The notes under the pieces are model-generated. The model ran no database searches, was not told where the DNA came from, and worked only from the letters and a program-made list of their open reading frames with translations. 64,000 bases of DNA from an uncultured Gemmatimonadales bacterium (lineage in GTDB: Bacteria > Gemmatimonadota > Gemmatimonadetes > Longimicrobiales > RSA9): NCBI GenBank assembly GCA_963708135.1, contig OY970192.1:4864001-4928000 (forward strand). The letters are read 5' to 3'. The translations under genes and the position numbers were made by a program. This document shows positions 47,700 to 56,783 of this stretch, piece by piece; the first letter of the stretch is position 1, and every line of letters begins with the position of its first letter.

Positions 47700-48005
47700 C
47701 TACGGCAGTTTTGCGGCCAGGACCTCCACCTTCCGGATGTCGGGATCCTCGGCGAGCAACTCCGGCGCCTTCTCCATCAGGGCGCCGGCGATGCGCCCCG
47801 CCAGGTGCGCCTCGCGGCCGGCATCGTCGGCGAAGGTGTCGAAGATGCCGAAGGTCGCCTCGTCGAGGCGGAGGGCGAACCAGGTCGTCGTCGCCTGCTC
47901 ATCGCGCGCCAGCGGGAGCGCGCCGCGCAGGAAGGCCCCGAGCTCCTGTTCCTTGCCGCTCCGGGCCTTCAGCAGGGCGAGCAGTGCGAGATTGGCTTCG
48001 GCCAT
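47700..48005 (-). CDS. Antibiotic biosynthesis monooxygenase (ABM, dimeric alpha+beta barrel) protein
   Basis: LKARSGKEQEL, TTTWFALRL, FGIFDTFADDAGREAHL, VLAAKLP; RBS GGAGG. Confidence 0.85.
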   Translation of the reverse strand: MAEANLALLALLKARSGKEQELGAFLRGALPLARDEQATTTWFALRLDEATFGIFDTFADDAGREAHLAGRIAGALMEKAPELLAEDPDIRKVEVLAAKLP

Positions 48006-48183
48006 GGTGGGTGCCTCCTCGGATCGAGTTTCCGGAACACGTTGCCGCGGAACGGTTTCCGCGCGGGCGGGCCGGTGGCGCGGAAGGCGACGGCGCCCCG
48101 CGCCTGCCCGTCCGGCCAAGGCTCGCGGCGCCGCGCCGGTTCCCGGCTTCCTCGCTCGCACGGCCGCGGATGCCCCGCGGGGG

Positions 48184-48220
48184 CGCCGCGTGCCCATCTC
48201 CCCTGAACCGGCCGCCCCGG
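48184..48220 (+). repeat. 37-bp perfect direct repeat, copy 1
   Basis: cgccgcgtgcccatctcccctgaaccggccgccccgg, identical to 51967-52003. Confidence 0.9.
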
Positions 48221-48385
48221 GCCGCGTCACGACGGCGGCGAAGCCCTGGTCCGGCAGGGCCGGCGGAAGGAGGCAGCCAGCCGACGAGCGCGCCGCCGCG
48301 GCGGTGGCGCGGGTGGCGCCCAGCCACGGGATCGCGGTGGAGCCGTTCCGCCCGCGCCGGCGTCGCGGTATCTTCACCGGAACGT

Positions 48386-48437
48386 GGCGATGGAGTTCGC
48401 CCTGAACCACCGCGACACGCGCGGTTGATGACTCCTG
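48386..48437 (+). ncRNA. Fluoride riboswitch (crcB motif)
   Basis: GGCGATGGAGTTCGCC...GATGACTCCT consensus: P1 GGCGA/TCGCC, pseudoknot GGAGT/ACTCC, internal CCGCG/CGCGG stem. Confidence 0.9.
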
Positions 48438-48469
48438 TTCGGCCAAACGGCCGGGCGGGAGTTCTTCGT
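48431..48469 (+). terminator. Riboswitch expression-platform hairpin (putative terminator)
   Basis: ACTCCTGTTCGGCC-aaac-GGCCGGGCGGGAGT 14-bp stem with G-U pairs, then TCTTCGT; it sequesters the pseudoknot 3' strand. Confidence 0.65.
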
Positions 48470-48493
48470 GCTCCCCCCGCGGAAAGGAGTGCG

Positions 48494-50242
48494 ATGCCAG
48501 CGGAGCGCGAGGGTCCTCCCTCCGCGGCCGTGTCTGCCGGCCCCACGGCGGCGGACCCGCTCGAGCGCCTCGCCGACCTGGCCGATGCACTGGGCGCCGG
48601 CCGGGCGGCCCGGGAGGCGCGGGCGCTCGCGGAGCGCGTGGCGGAAGGCCGCTTCAACGTCGCCTGCGTGGGGCAGTTCAAGCGGGGCAAGTCCACGCTG
48701 CTGAACGCCCTCGTGGGCCGGTCCGTCCTCCCCACCGGCGTCATCCCGGTGACCGCGACGCCGACGATCCTGCGCTGGGGGCCGAAGCCGGCCGCGCTCG
48801 TGCGCCTTGCGGACGGCGAGACCCGGCGCATCGAGCTCGGTGCGGTGGCGGATTACGTCACGGAGGAGCGTAACCCGGCGAACGCCAGGGGCGTGGACGC
48901 GGTGGAGATGCTGCTGCCCGCGCCCCTCCTTTATGGCGGGCTGTGCCTCGTGGATACGCCCGGGCTGGGCTCGGTCTTCGACGTGGCCACGGGCGCCACC
49001 CACGCCTTCGTGCCGCACATCGACGCGGCGCTGCTCGTGCTCGGCGCGGATCCGCCGATCTCCGCGGACGAGGCCGAGCTCGCCGCCGCCGTGAGCGCGC
49101 AGGTGCCGGATGTGATCGTACTCCTGGCCAAGGCGGACCGGGTCCCCGCCGCCGAGCGCGCGGAGGCGGCCCGCTTCGCGGCGCGCGTGCTGGAGGAGCG
49201 CACCGGCCGCGCGCCGGGGCCGATCCTGGAGGTCAGCTCCACCGAAGCCCTGGCTGGTGAGCGCACGCGCGACTGGGGCCGGTTGGTCGAACGGCTGCAC
49301 GCGCTGTCGGCGCGGTCGGGCCGCGCGCTCGTCCGCGCCGCGCGGGAGCGGGCCGTCCGGCGGCTCGGCGCGCAGCTGCTCTCCCTGGCCGCCGAGGAGC
49401 GGAGCCTGCTGGCCGCCAGCGCGGACGAGCGCGAGCGCCGGCTCGAGGCGCTGCGCCGGTCGGAGGGCGCCCTCGAGGAGCGGCTGCGCTACCTGAGCCG
49501 GATGCTCGCGGAGGAGGAGGAGCGGCTCGCCGACGCGTTCCGCGGGCGGGGGCAGCGGTTCCTGGCGGAGAGCCTCCCGCCCGCCGTCGATGAGCTGGCG
49601 CGCGCGCTGGGGGACGAGCGCACGCGGGGCCCCGCCTTCCGCCGGCGCGCCGCGGAGCTCGCGCGCGACGTGGCCCGACGCCGCATCGAGCCGTGGCTGG
49701 CCCGGGAGGAGGCGGCGGCGGACGAGGCGTACGGCGAGGTGGCCGCGCGTCTCGTGGACAGAGCCAACGGCTTCCTGGATGAGCTCGCCGCGTCTGAGCG
49801 GACGGGACTCCGCGCGCTGCCGCACGCGCTCGGGCCCGAGCCCGCGCTCCGGGGCCGGCGCCGCTTCAGCTTCAACGCCTTCCCCACCCACTTCGTCTCG
49901 CCCGGCCCGCTCCAGTGGCTCTTCGACACGCTCGCCCCGCCGCGCTGGCTGCGCGCGCGCGTCCAACGACAGGCCGCGGAGTTCCTCCAGTGGCTGCTCG
50001 AGGCCAACGCCGTGCGCGTGCGGAGCGATCTCGCCGAGCGCGTGGCCGGGAGCCGGCGCGCCCTCGAGGGAGAGATCCGCGCGATCCTGGAGGACGCGCG
50101 CGCCTGGACGGGGGCGGCGATCGAACGCGCGCAGGCGCTCCACGCCGCCGGCCTCGAGGCGACGCGGCCCGAGCTCGCCCGGCTCGAGACCATCGAGGGC
50201 GCGCTCCGCACCGTCACCGGCGAGGTGGCTCGGCCGTCATAG
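48494..50242 (+). CDS. Dynamin-family GTPase (bacterial dynamin-like protein A, ~582 aa)
   Basis: RBS AAAGGAG; GQFKRGKST, LPTGVIPVT, LVDTPG, AKAD; helical C-terminal stalk. Confidence 0.9.
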   Translation: MPAEREGPPSAAVSAGPTAADPLERLADLADALGAGRAAREARALAERVAEGRFNVACVGQFKRGKSTLLNALVGRSVLPTGVIPVTATPTILRWGPKPAALVRLADGETRRIELGAVADYVTEERNPANARGVDAVEMLLPAPLLYGGLCLVDTPGLGSVFDVATGATHAFVPHIDAALLVLGADPPISADEAELAAAVSAQVPDVIVLLAKADRVPAAERAEAARFAARVLEERTGRAPGPILEVSSTEALAGERTRDWGRLVERLHALSARSGRALVRAARERAVRRLGAQLLSLAAEERSLLAASADERERRLEALRRSEGALEERLRYLSRMLAEEEERLADAFRGRGQRFLAESLPPAVDELARALGDERTRGPAFRRRAAELARDVARRRIEPWLAREEAAADEAYGEVAARLVDRANGFLDELAASERTGLRALPHALGPEPALRGRRRFSFNAFPTHFVSPGPLQWLFDTLAPPRWLRARVQRQAAEFLQWLLEANAVRVRSDLAERVAGSRRALEGEIRAILEDARAWTGAAIERAQALHAAGLEATRPELARLETIEGALRTVTGEVARPS

Positions 50243-50250
50243 TGGACCAA

Positions 50251-50418
50251 CTAGTGGACCGTATCCGAAGTAGCGATGGCATTCGCCGGCGGATCGGACG
50301 CGACCCGCCGCGTTGCTCGTCGTCGAAATAGCGCTGCTATTCCTTCCTCCTCGCGCCTTGCGCTTCGCGCCCGCTCCGCCGGCTCGGTGCTCACCGAACT
50401 TCAGATACGGTCCACTAG
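50251..50418. mobile_element. MITE-like element (160 bp) with terminal inverted repeats and CTAG flanks
   Basis: CTAG-TGGACCGTATCCGAAGT ... ACTTCAGATACGGTCCA-CTAG (1 mismatch); internal AATAGC/GCTATT hairpin; no transposase. Confidence 0.8.
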
Positions 50419-51794
50419 CCATCGGCCGCGTCGCCGGCGCCGGCGGATCCGCGGCGTGCTCGATCCGAGCCGTCCTCCGCCGTTTCCGGCCCGGCCGCCG
50501 CCCGCTCCGCGGCGCGCCTCGCGACGAGCGCCGCCGCGGCACGCTCTTCGAGGTGCGCCAGGCGCCCCGCGAGCCGGTCGCCAGGTGAGCGCGCCCAGGC
50601 CAGCGGCTCGAGGACCTCGGCCCGGAGCGGCTCCAGCGTGGGGTCCAGGCCGGCGGCGGTGGAGACCGGCAGGACCGCCGGCACCGCGCCCCCCAGCGCG
50701 CGGGCGGCCTCCCCGGCGAGGTACGCGAGGGAACGTTCCAGCTCCGCCTCCGAGAGCAGGTCGGCCTTGCTCAGCAGGAGGCGCCACTCCACACCCGCGG
50801 AGGAGAGCCCCGCGAGCAGGGCGAGGTCCTCCTCGTCCAGCGCGCTCCCGGCCGCCACCAGGACGAGGCCGAGGTCGCACCGGGCCAGCCACGCGAAGGG
50901 GAGGGCCGTGGTGGCCGTGACGCGCGAGGCCACGCCCGGCGTGTCCAGGAACCGGATCCGTGCGGGCGCCGTGGGCACCCATATCTCGAGCGACGCCACG
51001 CCGAGCCGGTTGCCGGGGTTCTCCTCTTCGGCCGCGAAACCCGCCACGGCCTCCAGCGGGTGCCGCTCGGTGCGCCCGCCCGCGAACCGCACCAGCACCC
51101 CGGCCTCGCCCTGCTCGACGCGGAGCGGCAGGGCCGTGACCGGGGTGGCGCCCACCGGCAGGGCCGGGGCGCCCACGAGGGCATTGATGAGGGAGGACTT
51201 CCCGGAGCTCGTCCGGCCGAAGATGCCTACGTCGACCATGGACGAGGTGGCCCGCTCCGCCAGCGCCGCGATCTCGGGGTAGAGCTCGACCAGCTCGTGA
51301 TCGCGCGCCAGGCTGAGAACCGCGCGCAATGTCTCCGCCGTGGGCTCCGGCACCGCCTCGAGACGGGTCTCCAGGTCGCCGTATCCGCTGCCCCGGAGCA
51401 GCTCGCGCGCCGGGGCGAGCCGGGCGCGGAGCTCCGCCGCCACGCGCTTCACCGACTCGGCCGAGGCGGCATCCAGCGCGCCGTAGCGGCGGAGCGTCGC
51501 CGGCTGGAGCTCCGAGAGCGCGATGTCGATGAACGTCAGCGCGGTGAGCGCGCTCCAGCGGGCGGAGATGGCCGGCTCGGGGAGCGGGATGTCGAGCCGG
51601 CCGAGCGCCTCCAGCAGCGCCGCCCTGAGCTCCGCCACGAAGGCAAGGAGCATCCGCGACTCGTACGCCGAGAGGTCCGCCCGCTCCTTCGAGAAGGCGG
51701 AAAGGTCCTCCCGCGCCAGCCGCGCAATGCCGTCGACGAGCTCGCTCGTGTGCGCGAACGTCGAGGTGACGAAGCGGTTCTGCAATGGATTCAT
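50415..51794 (-). CDS. Dynamin-family GTPase (protein B, ~459 aa, N-terminal helical extension)
   Basis: GRTSSGKSS, LPVGATPVT, FLDTPG, SKAD. Confidence 0.85.
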   Translation of the reverse strand: MNPLQNRFVTSTFAHTSELVDGIARLAREDLSAFSKERADLSAYESRMLLAFVAELRAALLEALGRLDIPLPEPAISARWSALTALTFIDIALSELQPATLRRYGALDAASAESVKRVAAELRARLAPARELLRGSGYGDLETRLEAVPEPTAETLRAVLSLARDHELVELYPEIAALAERATSSMVDVGIFGRTSSGKSSLINALVGAPALPVGATPVTALPLRVEQGEAGVLVRFAGGRTERHPLEAVAGFAAEEENPGNRLGVASLEIWVPTAPARIRFLDTPGVASRVTATTALPFAWLARCDLGLVLVAAGSALDEEDLALLAGLSSAGVEWRLLLSKADLLSEAELERSLAYLAGEAARALGGAVPAVLPVSTAAGLDPTLEPLRAEVLEPLAWARSPGDRLAGRLAHLEERAAAALVARRAAERAAAGPETAEDGSDRARRGSAGAGDAADG

Positions 51795-51922
51795 GGGCTG
51801 CCCCCGCGCGCATGATCGTCCCGGCCGCGACGCGAGGCAAGGAGCCGGGATGCGCGCCGCGTCGCCGCCCGCGCGGCCCGGGTGGGCGCGCCCGCGCCGC
51901 TCGCGGGCCCCGCTCGCCTCCC

Positions 51923-51951
51923 TTGACTCGGTGCCGGCCCGCGGGTAGCGT
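51923..51951 (+). promoter_or_regulatory. Putative sigma70 promoter
   Basis: TTGACT-17-TAGCGT just upstream of direct repeat copy 2 and the small membrane gene. Confidence 0.5.
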
Positions 51952-51966
51952 CGGATCGCGCCGCCA

Positions 51967-52003
51967 CGCCGCGTGCCCATCTCCCCTGAACCGGCCGCCC
52001 CGG
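51967..52003 (+). repeat. 37-bp perfect direct repeat, copy 2
   Basis: Identical to 48184-48220. Confidence 0.9.
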
Positions 52004-52017
52004 CCGCCGGAGCGATC

Positions 52018-52332
52018 ATGGACCCACGGCAGTTCGTCCTGACCCTGATCATCCTGGGCATCCCCGCGGTCTCGCTCAGCACCTGGCTGCTGAGCAGGCC
52101 GTTCCTCAACGCCTTCCTCCGCAGCCGCGAGCTGAAGGCGGGCGTGCGGATGGATCCCGCGCGTCTGGACGCGCAGGACCAGCGCATCGCGGAGCTCGAG
52201 GGCGAGGTCGCGGCCATGCGGCACGAGATGGAGCGGCTGTCCAGCGTGGAGAGCTTCTACGCCCAGCTCGGCGCCGGAAACCCGAAAGGCGTTCCACCCC
52301 CGGGCGCAAAGCCCGCCGGCCCCGGCGTCTGA
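52018..52332 (+). CDS. Small membrane-anchored coiled-coil hypothetical protein (alternative GTG start 51973)
   Basis: TM FVLTLIILGIPAVSLSTWLL, then heptads RIAELEGEVAAMRHEMERL. Confidence 0.7.
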   Translation: MDPRQFVLTLIILGIPAVSLSTWLLSRPFLNAFLRSRELKAGVRMDPARLDAQDQRIAELEGEVAAMRHEMERLSSVESFYAQLGAGNPKGVPPPGAKPAGPGV

Positions 52333-52391
52333 ACGAACCCGATCGCGCTCCGAGCCCCGATTGCCGGAAAGATGGACGGTGGCCGTGCGCC

Positions 52392-52427
52392 TTGACACAA
52401 CTGTGCCATAAATATACCTATGTGTCA
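52392..52427 (+). promoter_or_regulatory. TetR promoter/operator
   Basis: TTGACA 35 nt before the ATG; near-palindrome TGACACA-ac-TGTGCCA and a half-site TGTGTCA at the start codon. Confidence 0.6.
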
Positions 52428-53029
52428 TGACGGCCGACTCGCTGCGTACCCGACAGGCCGCGGTCGCGCGCACCGCGATCATGGAGGCGCTCGTCCGGCA
52501 CCTCGAGGATGGCGCTGCCGACGGGCTCTCCATGGAGGAGCTGGCGCGCGAGGCGGGGGTCTCGCGGCGGACGCTGTACCGCTACTTCCCGGGCCGGGCG
52601 GAGCTGCTGGCGGCGGCGGGGGAGTGGATCCGGGGGGACGTGCTGGGGCTGCCGATAGAGATCGGAGCGGAGGGGATCGCGGCGAGCTTCCGCGCGGCCG
52701 CCGCGCGGCTCCAGGAGAAGCCGCGGCTCGCGCGGGCGTTGCTCCGGACGGAGACGGGGCGCGCGGTGCGGAGCGGCTACCGGCGGGACCGTGTGGAGGC
52801 GATCCGGCGCGCGGTCCGGGGGGAGGCGCCCGGCGCGCCGGAGGACGAAGTGGCGCGGGCGGCGGCCGTGCTGGCCTGCCTGTGCAGCTCGAGCGCGTGG
52901 ACGACGATCCAGGACGAGTCGGGTCTCGATGCGGCGAGCGCGCAGGCGGCGGTGGAGTGGGCGATCGAGAGCCTCCTGGCGCGGCTGCGCGGGGAGGGTG
53001 GAGCGACTCCGGATGGAGGTGGGCAATGA
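52427..53029 (+). CDS. TetR family transcriptional regulator
   Basis: LSMEELAREAGVSRRTLYRYFP HTH. Confidence 0.92.
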   Translation: MTADSLRTRQAAVARTAIMEALVRHLEDGAADGLSMEELAREAGVSRRTLYRYFPGRAELLAAAGEWIRGDVLGLPIEIGAEGIAASFRAAAARLQEKPRLARALLRTETGRAVRSGYRRDRVEAIRRAVRGEAPGAPEDEVARAAAVLACLCSSSAWTTIQDESGLDAASAQAAVEWAIESLLARLRGEGGATPDGGGQ

Positions 53030-53469
53030 CATCGGACCGGGTGATCCGGTTCCTGGGCAACAACGAGATCACGGTCCTCGTGTCCGGCGAGGAGTCTGGC
53101 GGCGGTTACTGCGTGCTGGAGCTGGTCGTCCAGCCGGGCGGCGGCGCGACGGCGCTTCACACGGACCGCTGGATCGAGACGTTCCACGTGGTCGAGGGCG
53201 CGGTCGAGTGGACGCTCGAGCGCGATGGCCGGCTGGAGACGTGGACGGCAGAGCCGGGAGACACGATCGTCGTGCCGCGCGGCCGGAAGCACCGGTTCGC
53301 GGGCGCAGGCGACGCTCCCTCCCGCATGCTCACCGTCGGGCCGTCGGAGTTCGAGGCGTTCTTCCGTGCTCTGGCGGCCGCGTGGTCGGGTCCCTACGAC
53401 CGCGAGCGGACCCCGGCGGCGGTCGGGCCGGTGTTCGAGTCGTTCGGGATGCGGCTCGTCGCCGCGTAG
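53026..53469 (+). CDS. Cupin domain protein
   Basis: LHTDRWIETFHVVEG and PGDTIVVPRGRKHRF cupin motifs; ATGA overlap. Confidence 0.85.
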   Translation: MTSDRVIRFLGNNEITVLVSGEESGGGYCVLELVVQPGGGATALHTDRWIETFHVVEGAVEWTLERDGRLETWTAEPGDTIVVPRGRKHRFAGAGDAPSRMLTVGPSEFEAFFRALAAAWSGPYDRERTPAAVGPVFESFGMRLVAA

Positions 53470-53531
53470 CGCCTCGCGCGGCGGGGCGGTACCATCACGC
53501 CGGCCGGCTCTCTCCCAACCGCGAGGATGCG

Positions 53532-53867
53532 ATGATCACCCTGACGGCGCAGTTCACGATGCAGGCGGACCAGGTTGCGGGGGCGCTCGAGCTGGTGCAG
53601 GCCGTGAAGGCGCAGTCGGACGCGGAGCAGCCGGGGACGCTGCTCTATCTCGCCCACCGCGTGCTGGACGGGAGCGGCGCGCCCACCGCCGGGCTGCTGT
53701 TCTACGAGTGCTACCGGGACCACGATGCGCTGGAGGCGCACCTGAAGAGCACGTCCTGGACGGCGCTCACCGCGCAGTGGTCGAAGTACTTCGAGGGCAC
53801 GCCGGACTCCGTCGCGGTCACCTCGCTCGACCGGATCGCCGGGTTCGTGCACCTCGAGGCGCCCTAG
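53532..53867 (+). CDS. ABM/putative quinol monooxygenase family protein
   Basis: EQPGTLLYLAHR, LFYECYRDHDALEAHL; RBS GAGG. Confidence 0.8.
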   Translation: MITLTAQFTMQADQVAGALELVQAVKAQSDAEQPGTLLYLAHRVLDGSGAPTAGLLFYECYRDHDALEAHLKSTSWTALTAQWSKYFEGTPDSVAVTSLDRIAGFVHLEAP

Positions 53868-54912
53868 GTCCACTCGCCTTCGTCGCGGTCGTCGTGGCGC
53901 GCGACGACGGCGTGTACTCGAAGCTCGGCCCGACCGTGGTGCCGTCGCCCTTCCCGGAGGGGATGGCCATGAGCGCCTGCCCCGCGTAGCGCAGCGCGTA
54001 CATCTGCGGCACCGCCTCCATCAGCTGCTCCGGTGCGCCGTTGAAGGCGGCGTGCAGGGTCGCGAGGAGGCCGGTGTAGCGGCGGTTGAACTCGACCATC
54101 AGGCGGTGGACCTCGGGGCGGTCCTCGTACTCCGCGGCCTTCGGGTTCGGGCGCATCGGGTAGCGCGCCGTCCAGTCGACGGGGAGCTCCGGCCCGGTGG
54201 GGCCGCCCTTCGGCGTGTCCGTGGGGAGGTAGCGGCGGCCGGCCAGGATCTCGTTGAACCGGAAGTAGTGGGCGAGCTCGTCCACCTGCCCGAAGCGCTG
54301 GTCGCCGTCGAAGATCGTGTGGTCGAGGCCCTCACCCTGCTCGGCGATCTCCGCGATGGCCCTCTTCGCGGAGGCGAGGTCCGTGACGGCGATCGGCTCC
54401 CCGCCGCCGCCGTAGTAGTAGCGGCTGCCGCCGACCTGTGGTGCCTTCCCGGTGAAGACCTTCGCCGGCCCCAGCTCGTCCGTGAGCCGCTCGATCGCCT
54501 CGGCGATCGCCTCGTAGAACTGGCCGATCGTCTCGTAGCCCTCCGGCTCCGGCTTCGCGCCGGGCGGGGCAGGCCGCTCGATCCGGAGGAACGTCTCGAT
54601 CGCGCCGGTGGAGAAGGGGAGCAGCTCCACCAGGAAGGCATCGTTGCTGTACGGCAGGTAGGTGGGGTAGGCCGGGATGAAGTCCGGCTTGTCGATGAAG
54701 GGCTTGCCGCCGACGGCGTTGAGCACGTTGGCGGCGAGGGTCATGTGCAGCATCTCCTCCATGACGACGCTGCGGATGACCGCGGTGGCCCCCGTGTTGG
54801 CCCCCTCCGGGATGGAGTAGAGCGCGCACAGGTAGGGTGGGATCGTCGAGTGCTCGAGCTCGACGGCCCACTGGAGGTGACGGCGGAGATCGGGCAGATC
54901 CTCGATCGGCAT
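53818..54912 (-). CDS. Ferritin-like domain protein (VioB-associated ferritin-like family)
   Basis: AVELEHSTIPPYLCALYSI, EEMLHM, FLRIERP, TIGQFY, EQGEG, AHYFRF. Confidence 0.85.
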   Translation of the reverse strand: MPIEDLPDLRRHLQWAVELEHSTIPPYLCALYSIPEGANTGATAVIRSVVMEEMLHMTLAANVLNAVGGKPFIDKPDFIPAYPTYLPYSNDAFLVELLPFSTGAIETFLRIERPAPPGAKPEPEGYETIGQFYEAIAEAIERLTDELGPAKVFTGKAPQVGGSRYYYGGGGEPIAVTDLASAKRAIAEIAEQGEGLDHTIFDGDQRFGQVDELAHYFRFNEILAGRRYLPTDTPKGGPTGPELPVDWTARYPMRPNPKAAEYEDRPEVHRLMVEFNRRYTGLLATLHAAFNGAPEQLMEAVPQMYALRYAGQALMAIPSGKGDGTTVGPSFEYTPSSRATTTATKASGPRAPRGARTRRSGRAR

Positions 54913-54953
54913 GGGGCGCACCCGCGCTGGACGGTGGACGGTGGCGAGCCGGC

Positions 54954-56783
54954 TCAGTGAAGCTGCTTCAGCATCTCCTTCGTCAACATCAGCGTGAGGG
55001 CGAGGGCCGTGAGCGTGGGGTTCGCGGTGCCGGTCGTCGGCAGGCTGCCGCAGCCCACCACGAACAGGTTCTCGTGGTCCCAGCTGCGCTGGTGGCGGTC
55101 CACCACGCTCGAGGTGCGGCTGACGCCCATGCGGTGCGTGCCGATGTGGTGCCCCGCGCCGACGAAGTGGAGCCGGTAGTCCTTGCCATCGGTCGCGCGG
55201 TAGACGCGCTCGTCGGGCAGCCCCTTCGGCGGCACGTGGAACGTGTCCTTCTCGGGGATCCCCATGGCCTCGTAGATGGCCGCCGAGACCTTGATGGCCT
55301 CGACCATGGCCTGCCACGTGTAGTCGGAGATCCGGTAGTGGATGATGGGGCGGAAGCAGCCGGCGGCATCCCTGTACTCGCGCGAGATGGTGACGCGGTT
55401 CGTCGCCTCGGGGAGCTGCTCGATGTCGAAGCCGATGCGGAGCTCCCGGGGCAGCGTCCGCCCCAGCTGGTCGCGCAGCTTCCTGCCGAAGATATTCTTG
55501 CCGAGCCGCCCCGTGACGTCGCCATCGGGCGGGAAGTTCACGATGTCCCAGCCCCAGTTGCCGAGATCGACGCGGAACGCCGCGAACTCCTTGCGGAACG
55601 CGCCGTCGCGGAGCGACTCCACGCCCGAGGTCTGGCCCGGCCCGCGGAACATCCCGAGCGACTGCGGCGCCAGCGCCCAGGTGTAGAAGAACGGGTGGTC
55701 CATGAGGTTGCGGCCGACCTGATCGCTGCTGTTCGCGGCATTCGAAGCCAGCAGCAGCTTGGCGTTCTCGATGGCGTGGCCGGCGAGCACATAGATCGTG
55801 GCCGTGGCCGTGTGGCGCTCGAGCGGACCCCCCTCCTCCTCGTAGCGGAGGTACTCGACGCCGTCGATCCGGCCGTTGGGCGCGATGCGGAGCTTCGTCG
55901 CGATCGCCTGCGTGCGCAGCGTCACCACGTCGCGGTCGAGCTCCGCCAGCGTCTTGAGCGACGAGTACTTGGCCTGCACGGGGCAGATCGGGATGCAGGA
56001 CGCGTTGCCCTCGCAGCGCTGCCCGATGTCGGGGTTGCCCGCAGCGCCGACGGGCCGGTAGCCGTGCCGCTCCGTGCCGCCGACGCGGATCGTCCCGCTG
56101 CGCGGGATCGAGTTGCGGGCCTGGGCCAGGCTGGAGACGCGCACGGGGTAGGCCTTCCCGGCGAGGCGGACGGAGAGGCTCTTCGTGGCGGCCGCGATGA
56201 CCTGGTCGCTGTAGCTCATCGGGATCCGCTCCATCGGGTAGTCGTAGCCCTCGGGGAACCAGACGCCGAAGCGCTCCTGGTCCTCCCGGTTGGCGGCCAC
56301 CCCGATCGACCACTCGGCCTCGCAGTAGGCGTCCTGGATGTCGTCGTAGCTGACCGGCCAGTCCACGCCCACGCCGTACGTGGTGTTGATGTGGAAGTCG
56401 TTCGGCAGGAAGCGCGGCGTCGTCCCGAGCCAGTGCAGCGAGGTGCCGCCGAGCGAGCGGAGATAGGTCGAGCCGAAGCCCTGCGGCCCCTTCTCGACCT
56501 GGTACCCCGTGAGGTCCGGCGTTCCCTTGCGGATGCGCAGGATGTCGGTCGAGAGCGGGGACGGCGCGCTGGCGTTCTGCGGGTAGGGCGCGTTCGGCTC
56601 CTTCACGACCGCCGTGTAGAACGTGTCCACGTACGAGCGGTAGCCCTCGTACGTGAGCCCGGACGCGCGTCCGGCCTCGAGCAGCAGCACGCGCTTGCCG
56701 CGCGCGCCGAGCTCTCTCGCGACGTGGGCGCCGATCGGCCCCGAGCCGACGACGATCGCGTCGTAGCGCTCGCTCTCGCTCAC
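54954..56783 (-). CDS. GMC family FAD oxidoreductase (large subunit)
   Basis: IVVGSGPIG, GGTSLHW, CEGNASCIPICP Cys cluster, VGRNLMDH, HHIGTHRMG, NPTLT; GTGA overlap. Confidence 0.92.
   Translation of the reverse strand: MSESERYDAIVVGSGPIGAHVARELGARGKRVLLLEAGRASGLTYEGYRSYVDTFYTAVVKEPNAPYPQNASAPSPLSTDILRIRKGTPDLTGYQVEKGPQGFGSTYLRSLGGTSLHWLGTTPRFLPNDFHINTTYGVGVDWPVSYDDIQDAYCEAEWSIGVAANREDQERFGVWFPEGYDYPMERIPMSYSDQVIAAATKSLSVRLAGKAYPVRVSSLAQARNSIPRSGTIRVGGTERHGYRPVGAAGNPDIGQRCEGNASCIPICPVQAKYSSLKTLAELDRDVVTLRTQAIATKLRIAPNGRIDGVEYLRYEEEGGPLERHTATATIYVLAGHAIENAKLLLASNAANSSDQVGRNLMDHPFFYTWALAPQSLGMFRGPGQTSGVESLRDGAFRKEFAAFRVDLGNWGWDIVNFPPDGDVTGRLGKNIFGRKLRDQLGRTLPRELRIGFDIEQLPEATNRVTISREYRDAAGCFRPIIHYRISDYTWQAMVEAIKVSAAIYEAMGIPEKDTFHVPPKGLPDERVYRATDGKDYRLHFVGAGHHIGTHRMGVSRTSSVVDRHQRSWDHENLFVVGCGSLPTTGTANPTLTALALTLMLTKEMLKQLH

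Noticed and set aside
44300..50242. 1008-aa (44300..47326) and 1097-aa (46949..50242) ORFs
   Set aside because: Read-through of GC-rich repeats; the supported genes start at 44917 and 48494 with clear RBSs
48141..51850. Possible inverted repeats at 48141-48167 and 51822-51850
   Set aside because: The match is gapped and low-complexity, not convincing in DNA this GC-rich
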